From: Octopus vulgaris | Taxonomy: Eukaryota | Length of the DNA stretch: 64,000 nt | Direction of reading: 5' to 3' | NCBI GenBank assembly: GCA_951406725.2 | Contig: OX597817.1 | Location: 102,238,001 to 102,302,000, forward strand | In this document: positions 12,861 through 26,448 of the stretch, piece by piece | Numbering within the stretch: the first letter of the stretch is position 1 | How the letters are laid out: each line of letters starts with the position of its first letter | The notes under the pieces: generated by a model | Seen by the model: the letters and a program-made list of their open reading frames with translations, nothing else | Told to the model about the DNA's origin: nothing | The model's database searches: none | Translations under genes and position numbers: made by a program

Positions 12861-13629
12861 ATATATATATATATATGTGTGTGTACTAACCGACAAACGA
12901 ATATATATATTGTATGTACGAACCGACAAACGAAACCTCTACGTGGTAGCTAGACATGTTCGAAATACCAGCCAATTCTCAAATTGCTCCTTTCTAGCTT
13001 GTATTACAACACAGCGGGTTCTTCTACAAGTCAATAGATATGCAACAAATTCAGAATGCTTTATATGTGAATTTGCACATGCATTGGTGTATATGTACCA
13101 GTACACATGCGTGCACACATACAGGCACCTACACACACCCACACACGCGCGCACACACATGAATATGTATGCAAGTGTGCGTGTGTGTGTGTGTGTTATC
13201 TCCTGTCTGGCTCTAAGGCCGTATCCTCTGTATTTCACTTCGTTCGTATGTCCATATGTCATCCTGTTTGTTTTCGTCTTTGTCCATCGCCTTTCCACGA
13301 ATTATCTCGTCTTGAATTATATTTATTCCACATTTGTATGTTCACTTTCTGTATCGCATAGTTGTTTATTTCTTGTTTGTTTGTTAATTTTCTGTTATGT
13401 TTGGTCCCATACTCGTTGGCTCGCCATTTTCCGGCGGTTTCGCGTCGTCAGCGCCACCAGAGGGGATTCGATATTATTGTTATGGCACAAAATTGCGTTT
13501 GACCTTCTGGCTGATAACTGATGAGCACTTGGTGAACTTCTGTGTCTGTTTCCGTTTGATTGTGCATTTATCACATGCTTTTAAACTTATATATATAAAA
13601 GAAAAAGGAAATTTCAGGTGTGGAAGTAA

Positions 13630-14185
13630 GTTCCAGAATCAAAGGGCCTTATAGTTAATTTAGCAAAAACCAAAGTCTTAGTAAGTAGTAAAGCAGACAA
13701 ATCACAAATTCTTTCAGGTAGATGGCTCTGTAGATGTAGAAAAGGCCTAGGTAGAAACTCCATAAGATTACCCAGTGCAAGTTATGGACACATCAGTGGT
13801 GCAGCAATATCAGAGGAAGGTTAACAGGGAAAATAGTTTTTGTGTGTGGCAGATGTGCTGGTACATCAAACACTAGAAATGGACAGAAGATAGACTCCAT
13901 CAAATACCAGAGGGGATACCTAGAAGTAGTTGATAGCTTCCGTTCTCTAGGTGACAAAGTCAGCAGCGGAATTGGATGCTCTGAGAGCATAGCTGTTAGA
14001 ATAACAATGGTCTGGGCAAAGTTCAAAGAGCTTCTACGTTTGTTGGTAACAAAAAGCCTCTCCCTCAGAGTGAAAGGTAGATTGTATGATGCCTGTATGT
14101 GAACAGCCATTGCTACACGGCAGTGAAATATGGGTTGTGACCTCAAAGGATATCGAAGGCTTGAAAGAAATGAAGCTAATATATA
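13630..14185 (+). pseudogene. RTE-clade LINE fragment (RT C-terminus with Cys-rich insert)
   Basis: GL.VNLAKTKVL, CRKG.GRNSI, VCGRC, EVVDSFRSLGD, WAKFKEL, KGRLYDAC and LHGSEIW. Confidence 0.85.
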
Positions 14186-14219
14186 TACGGAAGGTTGAAA
14201 AGGAACACACGAGTTGATA

Positions 14220-14920
14220 TGTATAAGGAAAATAAGACAAGGTAGAAAATGCTAAAATAATTTTATCATGAAGAACATTTTAGTACTGGTTTCAGCCTTT
14301 GCAACTTTTTCAACTTAGAGTAAAGCATGAAAAACAATTAAATTGTGGAAAAATTAAATTAAATGTTTTTAAAAAATATTTTCATAGTTTTTAAATACGA
14401 GAGACATTTTCCCTTTTCTGTCTGTCTGTATCTCTTTCTTACTCTTGTGAAATCTTGGTAGTAGGTAGTAGCAGTCCTAAAAGAATATTTGATATGAGTT
14501 CTTGGTTTTGATTGTTTAAGCAGCAGTAGCCGAGGAAGGTGGCGAAGAAGAAGAAGAAGAAGAAGGAGGAGGAGGAGGAGGAGGAGGAGGGGGAAAAGAA
14601 GAGAAAGAATTTAGAAAAATACGGGAGCGGTATGATAGTTGTAGGATGTTGGTGGAATCCTCTTAAATGGTCAAGTGACCTAAAAGTGACCTGTTGTGCT
14701 TGTAACAGTGGTGATTGAAAATGTTCTGAATAAATTCATGGGTAGTGACTGTTCTGAATATATCGTTTTTAATATTTGCGTGGGTATTTGCAGTAGTGAC
14801 ATTTGTGGTGGATGCATTCAAAAGAGATTTATATTTTGTGATAAAATTTGACTCTGTGCGAATGCGCTGATTATAGGTTTCATCTAATTTTTCCACAATT
14901 TAATTGTTTTTCAGGCTTTT
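14220..14920 (-). mobile_element. Penelope-like 3' end (GIY-YIG C-terminus plus pLTR with decayed hammerhead)
   Basis: QRIRTESNFITKYKSLLN resembles the end of the PLE endonuclease. Remnant ttgaaaa..ggct-GAAAC-ca-GTA-cta at ~14279-14318. Confidence 0.55.
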
Positions 14921-15006
14921 TTTATTCTCAATTTCTGAATTGCTTTTATTTCTGTAATTTCTGCAATAGGCTTAGTTCTGTCTATATTTCTCTATAGAAA
15001 AGTCGA

Positions 15007-15048
<42 letters not shown>

Positions 15049-15159
15049 ACTCTCTCTCTTATATTTCCACAAATTATGTTTGTATGATTTATTCCATATT
15101 CCAATTATCCCCATCAATTTTGAAAAATAGCCCTAAAATATGTGTGTGTATGCGTGTGT

Positions 15160-15260
15160 TTAATAAATAACATTAAAAATTTCATTAATAGGATGAAATG
15201 GAAAGCATACTATATATATGTAAATATAAATGACAACAATAATAATCCTTGGATGGAATT
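15160..15260 (+). pseudogene. Naiad-like PLE N-terminal fragment
   Basis: LINNIKNFINRMKWKAYY, homologous to ~8780-8850. Confidence 0.6.
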
Positions 15261-16096
15261 TATAAATATTAGCGGGACCCGTGAATATTACACGGAATTA
15301 ATGGTGAACTTATTGGGTTATTTCTGAAAACTTTATCCAAAAGACCTGAAAGTGTGTCTGTATCAAAAGATAGTCGCTCATCTGTTACTCACTGAAAAGT
15401 GAAGGAAATCGGAATACAATGATTACTTAATGCACTTTATATATACACATTATACACTTTCTTTACAATTTTATAGACTTAATGGACAGCACTCCTCTTC
15501 TTTCTCTCTCACTCTTCGCCTCACTCTCTCTCTCTCCCCTTTCTCTTTCGCTCTTCGCCATTCCTTTCAACTAATCACGTGAAGGCATTACAGACGAGCT
15601 AAGTAACAGAGAAAAAAAGATCGTTTAAAAATTTGTACATTTTACTCACTGTCACGTCTTCCCTCCTCCCTACCCTTCAACTAATCCCATGGAAGCGTTA
15701 CAGATGGGCTAAGTAACGGTGTGACTAGCAGAATTACTATGAGGTTTTATTACATCGCTGCGTGCGTTTCCACAAATTATGTTTCCTAAGATCATAGTCC
15801 GCATTCGTGGGATGATTACAGGGTAGTCCGTAATATCCATGGACATCGGATAGATGTCCTAATGATAACAGTTGGCATCATTAGGCTATAGCCGGCATAA
15901 GAGAATAGAAGCTTTTATATGCATATTCAAAACGTCTCCCATAAGAACAAGTGTATTGAAATATTTATTATAGAAGATTAGCAAAAAGTTGAGACACGAT
16001 ATTTTACACATATTTAGATATATCTATCTTTCGTGAAAATTTCAAGTGAATGAAATATTTCGTAAGTTTGATGTTAAAATGAGATGCATACTAAAA

Positions 16097-16260
16097 GGTA
16101 AGCTGGCAGAATTGTTAGCCCGCCGGACACAATGCTTAGCGGCATTCCTTCTGCCTTTATGTTCTGAGTTCAAATCAACCGGGGTCAACTTTACTTTTCA
16201 CTCTTGGTGGGGTCAATAAAACAAGTACCAGTCGAGTACTGGGGTTAATGTCATCGACCT
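16097..16260 (+). mobile_element. tRNA-derived SINE family A (Meta/MESC-like central domain)
   Basis: agctggcagaattgttag...ctgagttcaaat...tttcactcttggtggggtcaataaa. Confidence 0.8.
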
Positions 16261-17079
16261 TGTGCTTATAGTAAAAAATTATTATTATCGCGGTACCAGA
16301 ATTAGGAACGATATTTTTGTGATAACTATATAAGCTAGCGTTATGTATGTACACACACGCGCAAACACACACACACTCACGTTCGGAAACTAGAGAGAGT
16401 GGTGGGAGAGGAGAGAGTCGTTATATTTTTTTCTGTTGCTAAGAAAAGTGTCAAAATGGGTCGTATCTCGTGAGAGATGACCTAAAATTGATACAATTAA
16501 TAGCGGTGTGTAATATATGTTGCAACTATGATATTTCTTGGTCGTATACACCTGCAAAATTGTTCAGGTGTCTTCGTAAAACTTCATAGTGTATTTGTTA
16601 TCTATAGTGCGTCACTCTGAAGACATATTAATGTGAATAAGGTATCGTTGAAGATTTAATCACCATTACTGTAGCTATTTGATTTGGTTTCGCTTACATG
16701 TTTTTTTTTAAATTTTTATTTACAGTTTACCACTGGCGAGTAATTCAGGATTGGTCAATTTCAAAAGTAAATGAACACTCACGATATTAGCGCAGCACCA
16801 TACCTCCGTGTACTTTTTTAAAAGAATAAACTAACGAAGTAAAAATTGTGGTATCAAATGAGTCTAAGTCCAGAAACTAATCGATAAAGAAGCTTTATCC
16901 AAGGATTCTGGCAGGTAACTGACCTAGATTGGTACTTTTTTTATCGATTCATAAACATGAAAGGTAAAGTTGATCTCAGCAGGATTTGAACTCTAAATGC
17001 AAAGATTCGAAATGAATACCGCAAGGCATTTTGTCTGAAGGTCTAACGACGTAACTAAATCGGAGCTTTGGACTCTGAA

Positions 17080-17570
17080 TATATTCTTGTTTTTGTTGAC
17101 GATATTAAGTATCTGGTGAACTCCGATGACGCAGATAAATAATGAAAGACACTCAAACTGTTTTCCAGGTTTATGCCGGATCACATTGTCTAATGTGTCC
17201 TTTAGTTTGTATGATGGCTACATATAAAACTTCCTCGTCGACCACATATAAAACTCGACCGACCACATATAAAACTTCCTCGTCGATCTATTTTGTCCTT
17301 TTTAAGAAGACAATTGCCATAGTAGAAAGTTTTAATAGGGTCCATGATGAGATGATACACATGTGCCACCTTGTACTGCATTTATAAGCGTCATCAGTCG
17401 AGTATTTCTTATTCGCTCAGTGAAAGCAGAATTTTCTATTTATGATGGCTTGACTACTCGTGACACTCTGAATCGTAAAAATACCCACCCGACTGGGTAG
17501 TAAGCCTCCATTCAACAGTATGTTACAACCATTTAATTGTTGATTCTCTGCATTTTCCATTTATCTCTTC
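17080..17570 (+). pseudogene. Highly decayed CR1/Jockey-type LINE RT fragment
   Basis: ILVFVDDIKY (like LFADDTK), then YKT..RP.....SSI....KKTIAIVES (like YK.YVRP.LEY.S.VW.P..KKDI..LE). Confidence 0.55.
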
Positions 17571-17587
17571 TGTCTATTACTACTATA

Positions 17588-17800
17588 TTGGTCTCAAATT
17601 CTGGCACAATGCTAGTGATTTTGGGGGTGGCGGTAAGTCGATGACATAAACCCTAGTGTTCAAGTGGTACTTATTTTATCGGCTCTGAAAGAACGAAAGA
17701 CAAAGTCGACCGCGGTGGAATTCGAACTCAGAACGTAAAGTCGAAATAAATCCTGTTCAGCATTTTTGCCGGCGCGGTAACGATTTTGTCAGCTCACCTG
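17588..17800 (-). mobile_element. SINE family A
   Basis: Reverse-complement match to family A head, core and tail. Confidence 0.85.
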
Positions 17801-18199
17801 CTTATCTATAACAGCAATATTAGTTCTTATTAACATGAACTACCTAGATATGTACATTAGCGATATCAACCAGCCATATTTGCATTATTCTTGCAATGTT
17901 TCATTAATCAGACGGTCAAATAATCCCTTCAACCAAATCATTCAAATCCACCGTAACGACCTTTTTCTTTTCTTTTCTTTTTCTTTTTTTCTGGAACATC
18001 TTTATTCTGCGTGTTTTTCCAAGACATGTCAGTTTAATCTAAATATCAACTACATTAATGCTCCCTATGGGAGGATAGGATTTTACAAGGGTTGTTCACA
18101 TATGTATATACAAATTACATATATTTATGTCCACAGATATTACTGTGTGTACATATAAATGTGTGTGTGAGTGTATGTATGTGTATGTATGTATGTATG

Positions 18200-18283
<84 letters not shown>

Positions 18284-18740
18284 AAACACACTCTTACACA
18301 CATTGCTCGCTAGCTAGCTAGACAGACAAGCCGACAGACTAACAAACTGATAAATAGATAGACAGCCATATAGATAGATAGATAGATAGATACTGTAGAT
18401 GGATAGATAGTCACTAGTATGTCGATCATAAAAATAGTTTTTTACATGAATATTATGTGTGCAAACGCATACGTACGCATGCACATGCGTACGCGCACTC
18501 ACACACATGTAATATCCAATTTGTAAACGATCCGTTCATTCGTTCTGGTTGTTGAGAGATATGTAGCTTAACCACGGAGTGTATTTCCACACCAAAACAT
18601 GTCTATTAAACATAAGGTTGTAACTCTATTTACACATTAAATCTAAACACTCTTTCAGTGTCCTAATCATCATCATCATCATCATCGTTATTGTTATTAT
18701 TATTATTATTATCATTATTATTATTATTATTATTATTATT

Positions 18741-18952
18741 AAGGCGGCGAGCTAGTAGAATCGTTAGCTCGCTTCACGAAACGCTTATCAGTATTTCGCC
18801 CGTTGCTACGTTCTGAGTTCAAATTTCACCGAGGTCGACTTTGCCTTTTATCATTTCGAGGTCGATAAATTAAGTACCAGTAAAACACTGGGTCAATGTA
18901 ACCGACTAGTCCCCTCCCCAACATTTCAGGCTCTGTGCCTTTGGTAGAAAGG

Positions 18953-18960
<8 letters not shown>
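18741..18960 (+). mobile_element. SINE family A with (TTA)n tail; host site of the Tx1 insertion
   Basis: aaggcggcgagctagtagaatcgttag...gtagaaaggattatt. Confidence 0.9.
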
Positions 18961-18984
<24 letters not shown>

Positions 18985-19259
18985 CATTATTATTATTATC
19001 ACTATTATTATTATTATTATTATTATTATATTTGCTGCGGAACAGGACAGACGTATTCTCAAACGCCCGAAGTAAGTCCTGTTTAAAATTTTAGTTTACA
19101 CCCGTTTGTTACCGTTTTTTTTTTCGTTTAAACAGTGTTCTAGTTTGTTAATAGAAACACCAAGAACCTGTCATGGATTTTCTGTGTTTGTTAAGCCTCT
19201 AGCATGGGTATATTCGGCCCCAAATAAATTCGGTGGGCATTTTAATCCAATATAAATAA

Positions 19260-19471
19260 ACAAGATGGCGGGGAAAAAAACTACCCCTCCTGAAAAAAAT
19301 TTTTTTGAATGCTGAAGATTTCCCTTTTCTTCCCTCCGTTTCTGACATTATAGGAGAGGTGGAGGAGAAAAGGAAGGGTGGAAAAGTTCAAAGTAGTAGC
19401 AGCAGTGAAAACATTGGCGACAGCAGTGACGGCAATGATAGCAGCGACGGCGGCGGCGGAAACAGCGACGT

Positions 19472-19536
<65 letters not shown>

Positions 19537-21020
19537 TTGCAACAGCAACAGCAACGCAATTCAGAACACAATGGATTTTAGCGGAGAAAATAATACTACA
19601 ATTGAAGGTGGTGACGGTGGTGTGGAGAGTGATAACGGTGGAACTGGCCACAACTCCACCACCATCACCACTAACATCTACAGCAGTAACAACAGCAACG
19701 TCGACTACATCAATAACAAAAACAAGAGGTTTGCTCATGTAGCAAATACAAAGAAAGAAATGTTTATAATTCTTCTCGAGAACAAAATTCGAGAACTTTC
19801 AAAAGCAAAAGACATCATCAAAGTTGACGGGGGTAAGGCATCAGTGCTCGTACCTCCCGAAATAATAGGGGCAAAAGAAAAAAAGGATATTTTAAATGCG
19901 TATCACAGAAAAGTAGGAGATCTGAAATAGCTTCCATCAGTCTCGTCGAGAAGGCCCTCAGCGAAATTTTAATAGATGTGACTCACATACAGAGGGGGAG
20001 GAAGTTTTCCAGCATTAAAAGTGAGGACCTCGCTGAAGACACGCAGTGTCACCCCGGTGGACTGAGGAGTGGGTCCTGTATCCCACCTATCTCTCGAAGA
20101 GAACGACGAGAATTAGGGTAAACGGTGTGCCACCAGATGTAAACGACTGGTGGATTGTTGCTTGTGCGGTGCAGGACCCAGAGTCCTTCTTGGATGTAAA
20201 AAAGAAGCAGCAGGGAGAACTGGTTCAGGATCAACTTAGAAATATTCATCTATATGAAACCAGAGAATTTCGTCAATATCTCGGACCTGATCCTGCTGCC
20301 TAACGGGTGGAACTGCATGTCATCGTGTAAAGCAGGAAGCCCAATTGTGACACTTGTTGGGTCACAAGCCATCTGAGATCCTTCCGCCTCCAAAAGTCAG
20401 GGGCTGCGCGGCAACACCTGCAGCCTACAGCAACCTCCAACAACAAATACCTTTTAATAGAACTGCAGCCTCACCCACAATAACATCAACAGAGCTACAT
20501 GAACTCCATACAGCGGGGGAAACCATCCAGAGTATCTGTCTACCAACCTCACTCATCACTCTCTCAAGCATACACTGACACAGGCACACCCACACTATCA
20601 CAGACACACTCACACTCCTATAGACAGACCATACAGACACTATCTACTACACATCCTGTCGTAAGGACGAGGAAAACCCCACAAAGTAATAAAAAAAACG
20701 AAAAGACAAAGGAAACAGAAAACAAAAGAGCCTACATCAACAGACGAAAACACAGAAACCTTCAACACATCGAACATAGACACAGCAAAAACAACACCAG
20801 CACTATCTTCCCCACTATGCCAACCAAAGCCACCAATGCATCTACAAACATACACAGCCCCCAAAAGAGAGCTCACAGTCAATACAGAAACACCGAATTA
20901 TATGCTCGTGAGGAGAACCAACAAAATTTTGTTGACTCTTATAGCCCAAAACAAGCAAATTGAGAGAGAGGGTGCAACTTATGACACCAGTAACCTTAGG
21001 GTTTTGGATAATTTAATGTA
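19260..21020 (+). pseudogene. Tx1 ORF1 (gag-like), frameshifted
   Basis: PTYLSKRTTRIRVNGVPP, knuckle PNCDTCWVTSHLRSF(R) at ~20341, and a low-complexity T/K/P tail. Confidence 0.75.
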
Positions 21021-21203
21021 AATTCGGTTACCCCTCACACTATAGAATGAAATTGAGAGGGACTTCCCGCAAGACGTTGGAAGACCAAACGTCCGCGCCA
21101 CCAAGAGGCATTTAGCCGGCTTTTCAGAGGCACCATATCCAGAACCCGGGTCACCGGGCTGCCAACAGCATATTTTTCTTTTCCTCAGCCTTTTCGAGCC
21201 GTC

Positions 21204-24200
21204 ATGGCGATTGTCAAAGTGGGCTGCATAAATGTTCGCGGCCTGAGGTCACTCGCTCAATGACTTCAGGTAGCTAGGTGTGGATTTGATAGCAACCAAT
21301 AAAACCAGGATTTCCGACACTCGCGATCTTGCACCCAATATTCGACGTAATGGGAGGCAGAGTAGTAGCACTGTTTAGGAAAGGCCTGAATCTCGAAGCT
21401 CGGACGATTTTCCTGGATCCGGGGGTAAATTGGTGGTCCTGGACGTGAGCGACATGAAGGTGGAGCCTTTAGACTAGTCGTTCTTTATGCCCCCACGGGG
21501 GCGGGCCAGCCAGATTTCTTCAGACGTTTATAGGTTTTCGTTGAGACGTCACGCTCTTTAATGTTAGTGAGTGACTGGAACGCCATCTTGGACGCACGCC
21601 TGGATAGGGTGGGGAGAGGTGATAGGAGAAGGGAGTAAAAGTCTCACAAACCTGCTCAGTCGTTTTCAGTTGGCTGACAGGTACCGACTGGATTTCCCGA
21701 ATGTGCCAATGTGGACATGGGCGAACCGCATCAAGTCTTCTAGATCGTTCCTACATAGAGTATTATGTAGGCCTGCAGATAGTAGTATAAGTTGTCCACG
21801 TTTCAAAGTCGTCGGCCACACGGACCATAAATTTGTGATTTGCACGGTCAACATAGATAGGATCCATAGGTAGAGCCCTGGATACTGGAAGTTGAACACG
21901 TCCTTCCCGGCGCGCCAAGCTTTCAGAGACCGGGTTAGCGAGTAAGTCCATCGAGAACTGATGAGCGCAATCGTCAACAGCCGTTGCGGATAGCCCTGGA
22001 AAGGACTATTAGAATAGAGGCGGTAAGTTTTAGTAAGGAAGCGTGCACTGAGATGGGAGGGATGAAAGCCGTTCGCTGGGCCTGGGTGGTAGAGGCGCTT
22101 CGTGGAAACAAAGCAAGAATTTGCTCTTTGGCGAACTGTGATGGGTGCATGATAACCGAGTCAAAGCAAATGTATGCGGAATTTCAGTGGTACTTCGCCG
22201 AACTGTATGGGACGCGCGGTGGTTCTGGGACAGTGGTGGATTTCACCTCCTATCTCAGTGGAATGCTGCGCTTCCCGGGCAGAGATGCGGAGTCCTGCGA
22301 AATACCGATAACAGTTGAAGATATACAGAATGCGATGAAGGCCTGCGCAAGAGAGAAGTCACTGGAGCGAGATGGTCTGCCCTTCGAGCCTTATTTTTAT
22401 ACATCAGACTTGTCAGGTGGTCTCTTGGCAGACGTCTATCAAAATTGGCAGCAGAACGGGAGAACTCCCAGTGCTGTGAGGCGTGGAATGGTGGTGCTGT
22501 TGAAGAAGGACCCGAACAAGGGGGACCAATTAGATAATTTTAGGCCTATAACTCTGCTGAATGCAGATTATAAGATTTTGGCCAAGGTGCTAGCCAAGAG
22601 GTTGGCCTTGTCGATAAGCTGGTTGGTGACGAGCAGACATGCGCTATCCCAAACAACCTATCCATGACAACCTCCACCTCACACGCAACATCATAGATAG
22701 GATGGATAAGGAACCTGGCATGGGTGGGGTCCTGATCAATTTGGATCAGTCGAAACCTATTGATAAGGTCGACCACCAATACTCGGAAGCTGTTCTCGCG
22801 GTAGCAGGTTTCGATCCCATTTTCAGAGGCTGGATCGCTGCAGTGTACAGCGACATCTGTTCGGCGGTCAAAGTAAATGGCCACCTTTCAGAATCGCTTA
22901 GCATCGCTTGTTCGGTCCATCAAAGGTGCTCATTCTCGCCTCTTCTGTACGTACTGACTCTCGAATCAGTGCTGCGGTAGCTGGTGGTTTCGGGGAGCAC
23001 TAGAAGGTTCGTGTCGGCTTACGTGGACGACGTCACTGTAATAGTGTCGGAAATCGAGGTGGTCGGCACCGTTCTAAGGGAGTACGAAGCGGTAACAGGA
23101 GCAAGTATCAACCAGGAGAGGTCGGTGGGCTTGCAGCTCAGCACCTGGAGAGGCAAGTCCATGCCAACCGACAGCAAGGTAGAGTATTAGACGGAAGGAC
23201 CGGTTAAATTGCTCGGGGTCTGGTTTAGTCTAGATCTTTAGGTAGATAAGAACTTGGGGGAGGTGACGAATAGGGTTGCCAATCTCACCCAGAAATAGGC
23301 AGAGAGGAAGCTGTCCCTGAAGGGTCGGGTGGAGTCACGAATGAGTACATCGCTTCTGTCATCTACTACTGTCTGACTGTCGTCCCTTGCTCCACTTCGT
23401 GCCTGATAAAGCTGGAACGCTTGCTCTTCCACTTCCTATGGAAGAGATATGTTCCATTCGTCAGATGGTCCAACTGTTGTCAACAGTCGCTGAGTAGAAG
23501 ACTGGGTACACCGTGGCTACCAATGCGCAAGCATGCGCTGAGACTGCGACATTGCCAGAGTTTCCTTAAATGTGAGCAGGTGTGGTCGCCACTCATCAAA
23601 AGGGACTTTCTGCAGCTCGTCTCATTGATGGAGCTACATTTGTGGGTCAAGCGTAGACCAAGAAAGGGCGCTTAGCACTTGGAGTGTCGGCAAGCGCTCA
23701 CGGCCTTCTACCAGTCGGGCAACGCGCTCAGTGGAAATTCCACCATGGTGTTCTATAGGGAATTAGTGGAGGGAAAGAGACCTGACATACTCAGGGAAGC
23801 TCTGGGCGTCGAGAGGGATCAACTAACTGGTCTTTTTCGGAGGACTTTTGGGCCAGGGACTATGGATAACCTCCAGAAATCCCTGACCTAACAGTGCTAC
23901 CGGTTTGAGACAGGCTCTACAGACACGGAAGTGCTGTCATACGGACCTTTCCGAGATGTGCGTAGGGTGATGAAACCGTCTTGCATGCACTCGTCCAGTG
24001 CCCGTGCGTTACTGACCCGTGGAGCTTTGTCGAACAGCTGTCGTTATGTGTAGGACGGATCCGGTTATCAGCCGAGTCCACTGTGAGGATCGCCCCGTCA
24101 CCTTCTTTTGGCCGGGAGGGAAAGGCAGTTTTCCTCTGCCTGGTGGCTATAGTGAAGGAAGAAGTGTGGTGGACAGGGTTTAAAGGACTGAAGACACACT

Positions 24201-24364
24201 TTCCTCTTTGGCCGCGCCCTCATTGACTTTTACAAGTTCCACTTGAAAAGGAAAGTGAGGGTAGAGAGGAAAGTACTGTTCCCACCAGTAAGTTTGTTGA
24301 AAGGTGAGTGAATGTTACGAAGATGGCTCGTGTGAATGGGCCTACTCTGAATATTCGTCTGTAA
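21204..24364 (+). pseudogene. Tx1 ORF2 (APE endonuclease, reverse transcriptase, C-terminal Zn motif), disrupted
   Basis: MAIVKVGCINVRGL, DWNA, TDHK, PGYWKLN, NFRPITLLNADYKILAK, LDQSK..DKVDH, SAYVDDVT and ETVLHALVQC. Confidence 0.92.
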
Positions 24365-24629
24365 GCCGGAGCAGCTGAGGGGAAGGGGGTGCCTACCTGG
24401 CGTGTCCTTAGCAGTCTGGGTGATCAGAGGTACCCTGGTTGTCCCTGGGTGGAACTCACCCCTGTTGGGGAGTTTTGTTGTTTAAATGTTTTTGTTAACT
24501 GATTTTGTTTTTATTGTTTACAAGTTTTTGACTTTTAAGTCCCACTCATCCCTTGTTTTGTATTGTCCCTAATTGTTTTCGTGTTCGGCCCTTTTGGTCA
24601 ATAAAGAAAGGATTATTATTATTAGTAGT

Positions 24630-24845
24630 AAGGCTGCGAGCAGGCAGAATCGTTAGCACGCCGGGTAAAATACTTAGCGGCATTTCGCCCGTCACTATGT
24701 TTTGAGTTCAAATTCCGCCGAGGTCGGCTTTGCTTTTTATCCTCTCGGAGTCGATAAAATAAGTATCAGTTGAACACTGGGGTCGATGTAATTGACTCAT
24801 TCTTTCCCACCAAATCGTTGCTCTTGTAGCAAAATTCGAAACCAT
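24630..24845 (+). mobile_element. SINE family A
   Basis: Matches the family A pattern. Confidence 0.9.
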
Positions 24846-25068
24846 TATTATTATCATTATTGCCATTAAGACCACCTTTGCCTTTCACCCCTATGGAGTC
24901 AATATAATAAAGTACCAGTTAAGTTGATTTAATGGACTTATCTCTCTCCACAAATCTGTAATTTTATGCCCGTTAGACACAATTATTATCGCTATTATCA
25001 TTACGTTTTATATACATACATATATACATACGTACATACATACATACATACATACATACATACATACA

Positions 25069-25099
<31 letters not shown>

Positions 25100-25329
25100 G
25101 CACGCACACACACACACACACATATATATATATAACACGCACATACACTTACACACATCTATAGATATAAACAGATGGAAACACATGTAGAATATTAATA
25201 AAATGATGAAGATATACACATATGTAGACATATGTATAAGTATTACCTGCCTTAACTCACCTACTGGAAAATGTGTAGCAGATCGTCTGGGAATGTTAAT
25301 GTTAATTGCAATAAATGGTGGTGGGGCTG

Positions 25330-25408
<79 letters not shown>

Positions 25409-25735
25409 CATCTTTCATCATCAGTTTAACACAACTGAATCTAGGATATAATATATATATATCTTTATTTTAAAAAATGCTTTCACAAGCTTGATTCCCT
25501 TTAAACGTAGCCCCACGTACTAAGCTTACAATAAGAATTAAGGTTAATAAATTTCTTGTTGGAAACATTTTTCTGTTGTCCTATCAAGCATTTGGTAATC
25601 ATTGTTGAAGTCGTTGATGACGTGAGTAAGCCAGATTACATATTTTTGTCTCCTACAGCCTGTCTGACATTGACAGGAAAATGTCTGTCTTACAATATTT
25701 TCCATTGCAATGTGATCATATCTAGATTCTTTCCT

Positions 25736-25767
<32 letters not shown>

Positions 25768-25980
25768 TTTTCCAGCGGGATGGTTGAGAATCTTCTAACT
25801 TCCTCCCGACCAACTCAAAATTTAATTAACTGCAGGCGTTTACCTTAGCTAGAAAGCAAAGTAACTGACATCTTCCACACATCCTTTTCCCCACTTCCCT
25901 TCTGTCGTCGTCGTCATCGTCTTCCTCATCATGATCTGCTTTATTACGTGATATCTTCGTAACAACAACAATAATAATAA

Positions 25981-26415
25981 GTCTTTCTACTATAGGCACA
26001 AGGTCTGAAATTTGGAGGGGATAGGGCTAGCCGATTACGTCGAACCCATTGCTTGCTGGTACTTAATTTATTGACATCGAAAACGATGAAAGGCCAAGTC
26101 GACCTCGGCGGAATTTGAACTCAAAACGTAAGAAACGTTACAAAGAATTTGCCCGGCGTGCTAACGATTCTGCCAGCTAACAGCCCTAATGGCAATAATG
26201 GTAGTAGTTTCTAATTTTGGCACAAGGATAGCAATTTCGGGGAAGACTAAGTCAATTACATAGACCACAATACTCTTCTGGTATTAATTTTATCGACCCA
26301 CCCACCGCGAAAAGTTGAAAAGCAAAAATCAGCATCTAAACTCAGAACATAAAGACAGACGAAATGCCGCTAAGCAGTTTGTCTGGTGTTCTAACAATTC
26401 TACCACCTCGCCACT
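25981..26415 (-). mobile_element. Two tandem SINE family A copies (25981-26188, 26211-26415)
   Basis: Two reverse-complement matches with different tails. Confidence 0.85.
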
Positions 26416-26448
26416 CTGATAATAGTAGTAGTAGTATTAGTAATACTG

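Larger units (their letters stand above)
19030..24610 (+). mobile_element. Full-length decayed Tx1/L1-clade non-LTR retrotransposon
   Basis: ORF1 with CCHC knuckle, ORF2 with APE-RT-Zn, 3' end caataaagaaa, and TSD agaaaggattattattatta at 18946 and 24605. Confidence 0.92.

Noticed and set aside
17220-17287. CRISPR-like short repeats
   Set aside because: No unique spacers, eukaryotic context and no cas genes.
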